Positions 9,816 to 19,115 of a DNA stretch of 64,000 nt are shown here, in pieces. The notes under the pieces are model-generated. The model ran no database searches and had not been told where the DNA came from. It was given only the letters and a program-made list of their open reading frames with translations. Source of the DNA: an uncultured Bacillota bacterium (GTDB lineage: Bacteria; Bacillota_I; Bacilli_A; RFN20; CAG-826); contig CASEPN010000003.1 in the NCBI GenBank assembly GCA_949289845.1, forward strand, positions 77,558-141,557, in the 5' to 3' direction. Made by a program: the position numbers and the translations under genes. The stretch's first letter is position 1. Each line of letters starts with the position of its first letter.

Positions 9816-10714
9816 GCCCCGCTCTTCCCCTTGCTCCGGAGGTAGATTTCGTAGACGTCCCCTTTCTTCATGCCGAAGCGCTCCGCGACCGCCTTCGTCG
9901 CCTGGCCAGGGGACTGGTGGAGAAGCTCCTCCTGGAGCGCCTCTAGGATCGTTGGCTCGTCAGGGACAGGGAGAGCTTCTTCCTTCGCCCCCTCGACGAT
10001 GATGACCATCTCCCCCTTTAGGGTTTCCTCCTGGACGAGGTCGCTCAGCTCCTGGAGAGTGCCGCGGATGTATTCCTCATGGACCTTCGTGAGCTCCCTG
10101 GCGATGCAGGCATCTCTCTTCCCGAGGATCCTCGCCATCGCGGGGATCGTCTCCTGGATCCTGTGGGGCGCCTCGTAGAAGACGATCGTCGTGCGGAGGA
10201 GCTTGAGGGAACGGAGCTCCTTCTCCCTTTCCCTAGGCCTAGGGGGAAGGAAGCCGTAGAAGAAGAAGCGGTCGCTCATGAGCCCGGAGCCGACGAGGGC
10301 GGGCAGAAGCGCGGAAGGCCCGTTTACCACCGAAACCTTGATGCCGTGCTGGACGAGGTTACGGACGAGCCTTGCCCCCGGGTCGCTCAGGAGCGGATAT
10401 CCCGCGTCCGACATATAGGCGACTTTCTTCCCCTCCATGAGGAGGGCGATGATCTTCTCGGAAGCCTCCTCCTCGTTATGTTCGTGACAGGAGATGAATG
10501 GCTTCTTGATTCCGATTTTCTGAAGAAGGAGCGAGGAATTGCGGGTATCTTCTGCGGCGATGTAGTCCATTTCCTGGACGACCTCGCGAAAACGGTCGCT
10601 GATCTCCCCAAGGTTCCCGATGGGGGTCGCGATGAGGTAGAGGAGAGGTCCTCCGGAAAAGCTAGCGTCCCTCCTTAGGGCCATTGCCTCCTCCGTTCTG
10701 GCCTCCGTGGCCAT
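9812..10714 (-). CDS. rsmI: 16S rRNA (cytidine1402-2'-O)-methyltransferase RsmI
   Basis: LYLIATPIGNLGEISDRF tetrapyrrole-methylase-like motif. The true start may be the internal Met at ~10684. Confidence 0.85.
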   Translation of the reverse strand: MATEARTEEAMALRRDASFSGGPLLYLIATPIGNLGEISDRFREVVQEMDYIAAEDTRNSSLLLQKIGIKKPFISCHEHNEEEASEKIIALLMEGKKVAYMSDAGYPLLSDPGARLVRNLVQHGIKVSVVNGPSALLPALVGSGLMSDRFFFYGFLPPRPREREKELRSLKLLRTTIVFYEAPHRIQETIPAMARILGKRDACIARELTKVHEEYIRGTLQELSDLVQEETLKGEMVIIVEGAKEEALPVPDEPTILEALQEELLHQSPGQATKAVAERFGMKKGDVYEIYLRSKGKSGA

Positions 10715-11810
10715 GGTGGCGATGACGGTGGCGCTTCCTTCCGTTCCCCTGTCCCTTCTGCCCCTGGGGAGCGTTCCCCTGGGCCTGCCGATCCTGCTGG
10801 CCTTGGGGCTTCTCAGGACGGGGCTTCCTGCCCTCTTGCCCTGGCTTTCCTTCCTTCCGGGTAGAACGTTCGTCCCTTGGCGCCTTCTCCTCGTTAAGGG
10901 AGACGGGGGAGGCGGGGTCGGAAAGGAGGTCCATTGGACGTTCCTTCGGCTTCCTTTCGACGGGCTTCGGGCCCTTTCCGGCGAGGTAGAGGAGCTCTTC
11001 GAGCGAGATGACGCGGCTTTCCTCCTTGGAGGTCACCTTCACGTTCCTGCTGATGACGTTATAGGAGTCCACGCGCCACTCCTTCCCCTCGAAGCGGTGC
11101 ACGCTCCCGACGCCGGGGAATTCCTTTCTGGCGTCCGTATAAAGCTGGTCTTCGAAGAGGAGGCAGCACATCAGCTTCCCGCATTGGCCGGAGATCTTCG
11201 CCGTGTTGAGGCTGAGTCCCTGGTTCTTCGCCCTGCTGATCGAGATGCCTTCGAACCGCCTCAGGAAGCGGGTGCAACAAAGGGGGAGACCGCATATGCC
11301 GATGCCTCCGATCATCTGGGCCTTGTCCCTAGGGGCTACAGAAAGGAGGGTCAGCTTCGCGCATTCAAGTCGTTCCCGGAGAATCGGGAGGAGCTCCCGG
11401 AAGTCAACGCGGGCGTCGCTCGTGAAATAGAGGGTGAGGTTCTTTCCCTCAAGGTCATAGGCTCCGTCGAGGAAACGCATCCCGAGGCCGAGGCGGTCGC
11501 TTTCTTCCTTCGCCACCTCGATGGCGAGGGCAGCTTCTTTCCTTCCGAGCTCTAGGTTCTTGATGTCATCCTCGTCCGCGCGCCTTACCAGGGGGCGGAT
11601 GCGGTCGGCTTCCTCGCCGTCGTACATCTTCCTCTCGAAAGGAAGGGACTCGACGATCCCGACGGTGAGGCCGTTATCGCCCTCGATGACGACGGCTTCC
11701 CCCTTGCGGAGATCATCGATAATCGTCGCGTAGTAGCGGGCCTTCATCGTATGGGGCGCCCGGACGGCGACGTACTTGATCGTGTCCAGAATCGTTTCCT
11801 GATCGTTCAT
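10662..11810 (-). CDS. ricT: PSP1-domain protein RicT/YaaT with ~100-aa low-complexity C-terminal tail
   Basis: PSP1 C-domain. Synteny holB-yaaT-rsmI as in Bacillus. Tail is K/R/G/Q/H-rich and ends RKRHRHRHHGHGG. Confidence 0.8.
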   Translation of the reverse strand: MNDQETILDTIKYVAVRAPHTMKARYYATIIDDLRKGEAVVIEGDNGLTVGIVESLPFERKMYDGEEADRIRPLVRRADEDDIKNLELGRKEAALAIEVAKEESDRLGLGMRFLDGAYDLEGKNLTLYFTSDARVDFRELLPILRERLECAKLTLLSVAPRDKAQMIGGIGICGLPLCCTRFLRRFEGISISRAKNQGLSLNTAKISGQCGKLMCCLLFEDQLYTDARKEFPGVGSVHRFEGKEWRVDSYNVISRNVKVTSKEESRVISLEELLYLAGKGPKPVERKPKERPMDLLSDPASPVSLNEEKAPRDERSTRKEGKPGQEGRKPRPEKPQGQQDRQAQGNAPQGQKGQGNGRKRHRHRHHGHGGQNGGGNGPKEGR

Positions 11811-12811
11811 TGGATGTCCTCCGCGAGAAGCCGGAGCACGTGCTCGAGAACGAGGGCCGGCTGGATGCCGACCTTGATCTCTCCCTCGCTCGTGAGCACG
11901 GTCTTGAGGTCCCTCCCGGGATTCCCAAGCCTTCGGAAGGCGGCACGCTCCGCCTCTCCGCCTTCTCCTGGCATGAGAGCGGACCTAAGCGCGCTGCCGA
12001 GGAAGCGCAGGAAGAGGCGCGCGTCCTCTTTGTCCTTGAGGGCAGGAACGACTTCTCGCTCAAGATTATAGACGATGTCGGCCTTCCTACCACGGAATGC
12101 CCGGAGGGCGGCCTCGTAGGCGCCCTTGACGGTCTTGAAAGATTTGCTCGCCGCTTTCTTCTTGACCCCTTCGGCGGAATTCTCGACGCTAGAGAGGAGG
12201 GCGGCGTCTTCCTCGTTCACGCCTAGTTCGACGGCTTCCTCGATGACCTCCGTCCTTGGGGACAGGAGGAAGCGGATCTCCTCGCATCGGGAGCGGATCG
12301 TCGGCAGGAGCTTTGAGGCGTTCTCCGTGGTGAGGATGCCGTATACGTTCGGCCCAGGCTCTTCCAGAAACTTGAGGATGGAGTTCACCGCGTTCGTGCC
12401 CATGTTCTCCACAAGGTGGATCACATAGACGAGGATGCCCTTCTTTTCGAGGGCGGTCTTGGAGAAGGAGGCGGCGAGGTCCTGGGCTTGCTCTTTCTTG
12501 ATGGAGCCTTGGGACCCGTCGATGAGGACGAAGTCCGCGTAGCCGAGCGCTTCTTCCTTCTTTTCTTTGGAAGGAGAGGAGAGAGGGACGCTGTTGGCGA
12601 CCCTCCGGCAGGTGAGGCAGGCCTCGTCCGCGAGGGGGTCGGGGTGGTCGCAAAGAAGGGACTTGGCAATGAACACCGCGACGTCCTTAAGCGGGATTCC
12701 GGGCTCTCCGGAGAGGAGGAAGGCATGGGGGATTCTTTCGTTCTCAAAGGAGGCCCTGATGAGCCTGAGGGCCATCCTCTGACGCCTTTCCAGATACTCG
12801 CGGACTTTCAT
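11807..12811 (-). CDS. holB: DNA polymerase III delta' subunit
   Basis: AAA+ clamp-loader fold (FLLSGEPGIPL). Start chosen at MKVREYL, overlapping the tmk stop (ATGA). The track ORF extends further 5' but that part is probably not coding. Confidence 0.8.
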   Translation of the reverse strand: MKVREYLERRQRMALRLIRASFENERIPHAFLLSGEPGIPLKDVAVFIAKSLLCDHPDPLADEACLTCRRVANSVPLSSPSKEKKEEALGYADFVLIDGSQGSIKKEQAQDLAASFSKTALEKKGILVYVIHLVENMGTNAVNSILKFLEEPGPNVYGILTTENASKLLPTIRSRCEEIRFLLSPRTEVIEEAVELGVNEEDAALLSSVENSAEGVKKKAASKSFKTVKGAYEAALRAFRGRKADIVYNLEREVVPALKDKEDARLFLRFLGSALRSALMPGEGGEAERAAFRRLGNPGRDLKTVLTSEGEIKVGIQPALVLEHVLRLLAEDIQ

Positions 12812-12812
12812 A

Positions 12813-13427
12813 TCAAAGCAAAACGGACACCAAATCCCAGATTTCCTGAAACACTTGGTCCGGGGTGAGGTTGGCGTCGATGATCTTGATGCGCTCAGGG
12901 AACATGTCCTTGAGGGCAAGGAAGGACTCGCGGACCTTCTCGTGGAAGGAGATCCTCTCGAGGTCGAGGCGGTTCACCTCCCGGTTCTCGCTCTTCCGGA
13001 TGCGCCCGAGGCCAGTCTCGGGAGCGAGGTCGAAGTAGATGGTGAGGTCGGGCATGACCCCGTCCAAGGCGAACTGGTTGAGCAAGAGCACCTTGTCGAT
13101 CCCAAGGCCCCTTGCCCCGCCTTGGTAGGCGAGGGAGCTATCGACGTAGCGGTCCGATATGACGATAGCCCCTTCTTCGAGGGCAGGCTCGATCCTCTCC
13201 TTCACGTGCTGGCGGCGCGCGGCGGCGTATAGGAGGGCCTCCGTCCAGGGATCCATCCCCGTGTTCTCCTTGTCGAGGATGACGGAACGGATCTCCTCGC
13301 TTATCGGGGTGCCGCCCGGCTCCCTAGTGATGACGACTTTCTTTCCAAGGGAACGGAGCATTTTGCCGAGACGTTCAATCGCGGTGCTCTTACCGGATCC
13401 CTCGCCACCTTCGAAGGTGATGAACAT
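12813..13427 (-). CDS. tmk: thymidylate kinase
   Basis: [16 protein letters not shown]-loop; 204 aa. Confidence 0.9.
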   Translation of the reverse strand: MFITFEGGEGSGKSTAIERLGKMLRSLGKKVVITREPGGTPISEEIRSVILDKENTGMDPWTEALLYAAARRQHVKERIEPALEEGAIVISDRYVDSSLAYQGGARGLGIDKVLLLNQFALDGVMPDLTIYFDLAPETGLGRIRKSENREVNRLDLERISFHEKVRESFLALKDMFPERIKIIDANLTPDQVFQEIWDLVSVLL

Positions 13428-14032
13428 CAGAGCTTCCTCCTTCCCTCGAACGCCCGCCCCATGGTGAGGGTGTCGACGTATTCCAGGCTCGAGCCGAGGG
13501 AAAGCCCGTAGCCGAGCCTGGTCACCTCGACGCCCTTTCCCTTGAGGAGGTTGGCGATGTACATCGCCGTGGTCTCCCCGTCCAGGGTAGGCTCCGTCGC
13601 GAGGATGACCTCGCGGAAGCCTTCCTTCTCGACCCTCTCCACGAGCTCGTCGATCTTAAGGTCGTCCGGGTCCACTCCCTTCGATAGGGCGATCGATCCG
13701 CCGAGGACGTGGTATAGGCCATGGAAGGAGCCGCTTCCCTCGATCGGGTAGAAGTCCTTGGGGTCGCTGATTACGCATAGGGAGCCTTTGTCCCGGTCCT
13801 CTTCCTCGCAGATCGCGCAGTCCCCTTCCTTTTCCGTCATGAGGCCGCACCTGGGGCAGGGATGGACGGACTCCTTCGCCTTCAGGATGCTTTCGGAAAT
13901 CTCGCGGGCCTTCTCCTCGTCCATTTTGAGTATCGCGAAAGCCAGGCGCTCCGCCGACCTCGCGCCGATGCCGGGGAGGAGGGCGAGGGCGGCCTTGAGC
14001 CTTTCCAGCGCAGGAAGGTCCTTCCGTTCCAT
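13427..14032 (-). CDS. recR: recombination protein RecR
   Basis: HhH motif plus C4 zinc finger (CPRCG...CAIC) and Toprim domain. Confidence 0.92.
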   Translation of the reverse strand: MERKDLPALERLKAALALLPGIGARSAERLAFAILKMDEEKAREISESILKAKESVHPCPRCGLMTEKEGDCAICEEEDRDKGSLCVISDPKDFYPIEGSGSFHGLYHVLGGSIALSKGVDPDDLKIDELVERVEKEGFREVILATEPTLDGETTAMYIANLLKGKGVEVTRLGYGLSLGSSLEYVDTLTMGRAFEGRRKL

Positions 14033-14332
14033 CTAGAAGGGGAGTCCCGTCTTGCCGGCGACCTGCTCCTCGATCGCCTGCTCTTCCTTGTCGATGAGGC
14101 TAAATGCCTCGTTGATAGCGGCCTTGATGGAGTCCTCGACCATCTCGCGGTCCTCGGAGAGGGCCTCGGGGTCGATGTGGATCTCCTTGACCTCCTTGCT
14201 CCCGAGCACGACGACTTTCACGAGGCCGTTCTTGTCGACGGGGAACTCCTTCTTCATGAGCTCCGCGCGCATCTCGTTCAGCCTGCGCTGCATCCTCTGC
14301 GCTTCCTGGAGCATCCTCTGCATCTGATTCAT
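14033..14332 (-). CDS. ybaB: nucleoid-associated protein YbaB/EbfC
   Basis: 99-aa protein in conserved position between dnaX and recR. Confidence 0.9.
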   Translation of the reverse strand: MNQMQRMLQEAQRMQRRLNEMRAELMKKEFPVDKNGLVKVVVLGSKEVKEIHIDPEALSEDREMVEDSIKAAINEAFSLIDKEEQAIEEQVAGKTGLPF

Positions 14333-14344
14333 ATGGTCTCCTTC

Positions 14345-16015
14345 CTAGTCCTTGGGGAGCGAGGGCGCCTCCTCGATCGAGGGGAGGATGCCCGCTACCT
14401 TCAGGGAGTTGAACTTCATGTATATGCCGCCCCTCACCTCCGGGCGGAGAGCGTAGAGGAACACCTCGTGGCCGAGGAGCTTCCCTACGAGCTTCCTTAG
14501 CTGCGCCTGGTTGCCCTTGATGTTGGCCTTCCTGGCGTCCGTGGGATGGTCGAACTGGACGAGGAGGCACTCGTCGCTCAGGGCGTACGGCTTTCCGTTG
14601 AGGAGGAGGGTCGCGAAGAGCCCGGCGTTCGGATCGTCCTGGATTTCCGCGAGAAGCTCCCATTTTCTCGAAAGCTCTGCCTTCTCCCGCTTGTTCGCCA
14701 TCGCGCGGTTCATGACCTTGATGAGGTCCTCCTCCGCGAGCTGGTACTCCTCTCCTTCGGTGAGGAGGGGGGCCGAGCCGAAGCCCTCGAGGTCGATCGG
14801 GCTTTCCCTGGGCGCTGGAGGGACTTCCGCCTTCGGGGCGGGAATCTCATGCCTTGGCTCTTCCTTGGGAAGGGGACCGGCCTTGAGGGTCTCCTCCTTC
14901 CGCTCCTCTTCCTTGGGCGAGGCGGCCTTCCTCGTGAGCCCTTCCCCGTCCGTCATCCTGAGAAGGGTGAGCTCGAAGAGGTTCCTCACGTCGTCGACGC
15001 GGGAATAGAGGGATTCCGCCTCGACGAGGGCGAGGATGGCCTCCTCCGCCTTATGGGGCCCGAAGGTGAGGAGGAGCCTCTTGCATTCCTCCTCCTCGAG
15101 CCTCCCGAGGAGCGAGGCGTCCTTCGTTTTCTCGTAGATGAGCGCGTCCCTGAGGATCTGGACGAGGTCCTTGCTGAGGCGCCTTAGGTCGATCCCCCCG
15201 GCGAGATAGCTCTCGCATCGCCCGATGACCTCGGAGGCGTTCCCCCCGGCGATGGCCATGAGGAGCGCGATCTTCTCCTCCTTGCTCGTGAGGCCGTAGA
15301 CGGAGAGGAGGTCGTGGATGTTGAGCGAGTTCCCGGAGTAGGCGAGCATCTGGTCGGCGATGGAGAGGCAGTCGCGCATGCCTCCGTCGGCGAGGTCGAT
15401 GACCGCGTCGATGGCCTCTCCCTCATAGCCGGCGCCTTCCTTGACGAGCACTTCCTCGAGCTTGCCCCTCATCTCCTCGTCGCTCAGCTTATGGAACTCA
15501 TAGCGCTGGCAGCGGGAGAGGATCGTCGGGAGCACCTTGTGGGGCTCGGTGGTGCAAAGGATGAAGATGACGTTCTCGGGCGGCTCCTCGAGCGTCTTGA
15601 GGAGGGCGTTGAACGCGGCGGCGGACATCATGTGCACCTCGTCGATGATGTACACCTTGTAGCGCGACTTGATGGGGGCGTAGCCGACGTGGTCGATGAG
15701 CTCCCTCACCTGGTCGACCCCGTTGTTGGAGGCGGCGTCGATCTCGATGACGTCGGGGTGGCCTCCCTCGGCGATGAGGCGGCAGTTCTCGCATTCGCCG
15801 CATTGCGAACCGACCCCCTTTTCGCAGTCCAGGGCCTTGGCGAAGAGCCTCGCCATCGAGGTCTTCCCTGTTCCGCGGGGTCCGCTGAAGAGATAGGCGT
15901 GGCCGATCTTGCCGCTGGAAAGCGACTTCTCGAGCGTCCTGACGACGGACTTCTGCCCCGCGACCTCGCCGAAGGTCTGGGGGCGGTACTTTAGATAGAG
16001 AGCGCGATAGGACAT
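14345..16015 (-). CDS. dnaX: DNA polymerase III subunits gamma/tau
   Basis: GPRGTGKTS Walker A; zinc module CGECENC; 556 aa. Confidence 0.92.
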   Translation of the reverse strand: MSYRALYLKYRPQTFGEVAGQKSVVRTLEKSLSSGKIGHAYLFSGPRGTGKTSMARLFAKALDCEKGVGSQCGECENCRLIAEGGHPDVIEIDAASNNGVDQVRELIDHVGYAPIKSRYKVYIIDEVHMMSAAAFNALLKTLEEPPENVIFILCTTEPHKVLPTILSRCQRYEFHKLSDEEMRGKLEEVLVKEGAGYEGEAIDAVIDLADGGMRDCLSIADQMLAYSGNSLNIHDLLSVYGLTSKEEKIALLMAIAGGNASEVIGRCESYLAGGIDLRRLSKDLVQILRDALIYEKTKDASLLGRLEEEECKRLLLTFGPHKAEEAILALVEAESLYSRVDDVRNLFELTLLRMTDGEGLTRKAASPKEEERKEETLKAGPLPKEEPRHEIPAPKAEVPPAPRESPIDLEGFGSAPLLTEGEEYQLAEEDLIKVMNRAMANKREKAELSRKWELLAEIQDDPNAGLFATLLLNGKPYALSDECLLVQFDHPTDARKANIKGNQAQLRKLVGKLLGHEVFLYALRPEVRGGIYMKFNSLKVAGILPSIEEAPSLPKD

Positions 16016-16043
16016 TGCCTGAATTATAGATTCGGAAGGCGCT

Positions 16044-16057
16044 CCTCACTAGTGAGG
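16044..16057. repeat. perfect 14-bp palindrome CCTCACTAGTGAGG in the divergent dnaX/prfA promoter region
   Basis: Read directly from the sequence; lies between the dnaX start (16015) and the prfA start. Confidence 0.6.
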
Positions 16058-16102
16058 AAGCCTTGCCGGCGATGGTATACTCGCGACGCTATGGAAGAGA
16101 GC

Positions 16103-17188
16103 ATGCGCAAGCGGCTGGAGGCCGTGACACTTCGCTACGAGGAAATCGAAAGGGAGCTGGAGGACCCGGCCCTGTCGGAGGACATCCACCGCCTCACCGC
16201 CCTTTCCAAGGAGCAGAGCGGGCTGAGGAATGCCTACGAGAAGTACGCCCGCTATCGGAAGATGGAAGAGGAGCATAAGGAGGCCATGGAGGCCATTCTT
16301 TCCGGGGAAGAAGAGCTCGCCGAGCTCATGAAGGCCGAGCGGAAGCGCCTCGAGGAGGAGATGTCCGCCCTGGAGGCGGAGCTGAGGACCGACCTCCTCC
16401 CCGTCGACCCGAACGATTCGAAGAACATCATCGTTGAGATTCGCGGGGCGGTAGGAGGGGACGAGGCGAATCTCTTTGCCGGGGACCTCTTCCGGATGTA
16501 CTCGCGCTATGCCGAGCGCCAGGGATGGAAGATCCAGATCCTTGACGTGGAGGAAGGTGCGGCAGGCGGATATTCCCGCATTTCCTTCATGGTCAAAGGG
16601 GAAAACGTATATTCGAAGCTTAAGTTCGAAAGCGGCGCCCACCGCGTCCAGAGGGTTCCTAAGACCGAGGCCCAGGGAAGGATCCATACCTCCACGGCGA
16701 CCGTCCTCGTGATGCCGGAGGCCGAGGAGGTCGACGTCGAGATCAACCCGAGCGACCTCAAGATCGACACCTATCGGAGCCAGGGGGCCGGCGGCCAGAA
16801 CGTCAACAAGACAGAGTCGGCGGTCCGCATCACCCATATCCCGACGGGGCTCGTCGTCTCCTGCCAGACGGAGAAGGCCCAGCTCCAGAACAAGGAGATC
16901 TGCATGCGGATGATCCGCGCGAAGGTCCATGACTTCTACCAGTCCCAGCAGGACGAGGCCAGGGCCACCGAGAGGAAGCTCAAGGTCGGGACCGGCGAGC
17001 GGAGCGAGAAGATCCGCACCTACAACTATCCGCAGAACCGCGTGACTGATCACCGCATCGGCTTCACCATCAACCAGCTGGACCGCGTGATGGAAGGGGA
17101 GCTCGACCCCGTGATCGAGGCGCTCGTCCACTTCGACCAGGAACAGAAGATCCTCGAAGCGGAGGCCGCCGATGCCGACCATCGGTGA
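16103..17188 (+). CDS. prfA: peptide chain release factor 1
   Basis: GGQ motif (SQGAGGQNVNKTESAVRITH). Start chosen at MRKRLE, with GGAAGAGAG as Shine-Dalgarno. In-frame ATG at 16091 and GTG at 16052 are alternatives. Confidence 0.88.
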   Translation: MRKRLEAVTLRYEEIERELEDPALSEDIHRLTALSKEQSGLRNAYEKYARYRKMEEEHKEAMEAILSGEEELAELMKAERKRLEEEMSALEAELRTDLLPVDPNDSKNIIVEIRGAVGGDEANLFAGDLFRMYSRYAERQGWKIQILDVEEGAAGGYSRISFMVKGENVYSKLKFESGAHRVQRVPKTEAQGRIHTSTATVLVMPEAEEVDVEINPSDLKIDTYRSQGAGGQNVNKTESAVRITHIPTGLVVSCQTEKAQLQNKEICMRMIRAKVHDFYQSQQDEARATERKLKVGTGERSEKIRTYNYPQNRVTDHRIGFTINQLDRVMEGELDPVIEALVHFDQEQKILEAEAADADHR

Positions 17189-18017
17189 GGAAATCTCCCG
17201 CGCCCTTTCCATCGGGAAGGCGAGGGGCGTCCTCGCGGTCGACCTCCGGCTCCTGATCCGCGCCAACGAAGGCTTCAAGGACCAGATGGACGTCTTTCTT
17301 CATCGGGAAGACGAGATGAAGGAAGTCGCGCTTTTCCGTGCCCAGGTGGAGCGTCTCCTGGCAGGAGAGCCAGTGGAGCTGATCCTCGGGGAGGCGGGGT
17401 TCCTCGGCCACCGCCTGAAGGTGACGAGGGACACCCTCATCCCGAGAGGGGAGACTGAGGAGCTGGTCGCCCATATCAGCCAGATCGTTCCGCTTCGGTG
17501 GGACGCGCGGAACTTTTTGGTCTGCTGCGACATCGGGACCGGGACGGGGGCGATCGCGATCGCCTTGAAGTCGCAGTTCCCGAACTGGATCGTCTCGGGG
17601 ACGGACATCAGCAATCCTGCCTTGGAGGTAGCCAGGGAGAACATCGAAAGAGAGGGGCTTCCCATCCGTCTCTTCCATGGCGACGCCCTCGAGCCGCTCA
17701 TCCGGGAGAACATGGTCGCGGACATCATCGTCTCGAATCCCCCGTATGTCCTTTCCCCGGAAGAGGCGCAGCCGAGCGTCCGCGACTACGAGCCGTCCTC
17801 TGCCCTTTACTTCGACCCCGAGGATAACCTCTACGAGAAGGTCATGCGTGACGTCCGGAAGGTGAAGAAAGGCCCGCTTCTTCTTGCCTTCGAGATCGAC
17901 CCCGGGCTCAAGGACTACCTGGACGGCCTCATGTCCCGCTACATGAGCGATTACGAGAGCACGTACAGGGAGGACCTCAACGGGTTCCTTCGTTTCCTGT
18001 TCATCTACATGAGGTAG
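17172..18017 (+). CDS. prmC: release factor glutamine N5-methyltransferase
   Basis: IIVSNPPYV motif; overlaps the prfA 3' end. Confidence 0.88.
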   Translation: MPTIGEEISRALSIGKARGVLAVDLRLLIRANEGFKDQMDVFLHREDEMKEVALFRAQVERLLAGEPVELILGEAGFLGHRLKVTRDTLIPRGETEELVAHISQIVPLRWDARNFLVCCDIGTGTGAIAIALKSQFPNWIVSGTDISNPALEVARENIEREGLPIRLFHGDALEPLIRENMVADIIVSNPPYVLSPEEAQPSVRDYEPSSALYFDPEDNLYEKVMRDVRKVKKGPLLLAFEIDPGLKDYLDGLMSRYMSDYESTYREDLNGFLRFLFIYMR

Positions 18018-18022
18018 CCGAG

Positions 18023-18637
18023 ATGAAACTTTTTGCTTCTGGGGACAGGGAGGGGGCTGCAAAAGCCCTGCGTGAGGGAGGCGTCCTCGTCTTCCCGACG
18101 GAGACGGTCTTCGGAATCGGGGTCAGGCACGATTCGGAGGAGGCGTATTTCCGCCTTATCGAGGCGAAGAGAAGGAGCCCGGAGAAGCCGATCTCCCTCA
18201 TGTGTTCGTCCGTTGAGGAGGCGCTATCGCTCGTCGAGCGCGATCCAAGGGTCGAGGCGGTCATGCGAAGGTTCCTCCCGGGGGAGCTCACTGTCCTTGC
18301 AAAGGGGAGAGCCGGTCTTCCATGGTGGAACGACCTGCGGACGGGCGTCGTCGGAATCCGGGTGCCCGGCTCTTCGGAAACTAGGGAAATCCTCGGCCTC
18401 GTGGGAGTCCCTTGTCTCGTGACCTCGGCGAACATCTCGAGCGAGCCTCCGGCGAGGACGATGGAAGAGGCCTTGAAGTATTTCTCTGGTACGGTCGACG
18501 GGGTCATGGACGGCTCGGTCGTTAGCGGGACCCCCTCCACGATCGTGGATTTGTCGAAGAGAGAGCCTTCCCTGGTCAGGCAGGGCGCCTTGCCCTTCTC
18601 GGATATACTCAGTTTCATCAAGGAGGAGAAGCTATGA
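18023..18637 (+). CDS. tsaC: L-threonylcarbamoyladenylate synthase (YrdC/Sua5/YwlC family)
   Basis: YrdC fold (VLVFPTETVFGIG); synteny prfA-prmC-ywlC. Confidence 0.85.
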   Translation: MKLFASGDREGAAKALREGGVLVFPTETVFGIGVRHDSEEAYFRLIEAKRRSPEKPISLMCSSVEEALSLVERDPRVEAVMRRFLPGELTVLAKGRAGLPWWNDLRTGVVGIRVPGSSETREILGLVGVPCLVTSANISSEPPARTMEEALKYFSGTVDGVMDGSVVSGTPSTIVDLSKREPSLVRQGALPFSDILSFIKEEKL

Positions 18638-19080
18638 GAATCGCTCTTGCCGCTGATCACGCCGGATACGCCCTCAAGGAGACGATCCGCAAGCACCTTC
18701 TCTCAAAGGGATACGAAATTTACGATTTTGGAACTGATTCTGCTGAGATTTCTGTGGATTATCCCGTATATTCGGAGAAGGCTGCCAAGGCGGTTTCCTC
18801 TGGAGAATGCGCTTTCGGGGTTCTCTGCTGCGGGACGGGCGAGGGAATCATGATGGCCGCCAACAAGGTCAAGGGCGTACGCTGCGGACTCGGATACGAC
18901 CTCGAGGTAAGCCGTCTCATACGCAGGCATAACGACGCGAACATGATTTCCTTCGGGGCGAGGTTCATGGACGAGCGGGACGTGCTCATGAGGCTCGACG
19001 CCTTTCTCACCACTCCTTTCGAAGGGGGCCGCCATAAGAAAAGGGTTGATGAGATTTCCGCTCTAGAAGAACGCGAGTAG
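18634..19080 (+). CDS. rpiB: ribose-5-phosphate isomerase B
   Basis: RpiB/LacAB fold; 148 aa. Confidence 0.9.
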   Translation: MRIALAADHAGYALKETIRKHLLSKGYEIYDFGTDSAEISVDYPVYSEKAAKAVSSGECAFGVLCCGTGEGIMMAANKVKGVRCGLGYDLEVSRLIRRHNDANMISFGARFMDERDVLMRLDAFLTTPFEGGRHKKRVDEISALEERE

Positions 19081-19115
19081 GGCAAATTGGGTTATCCAGA
19101 CCCTATAAGGAGGGC

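Noticed and set aside
14345-16015. Programmed -1 frameshift in dnaX (tau/gamma)
   Set aside because: No A AAA AAG-type slippery heptamer with a downstream hairpin was seen in the coding strand.
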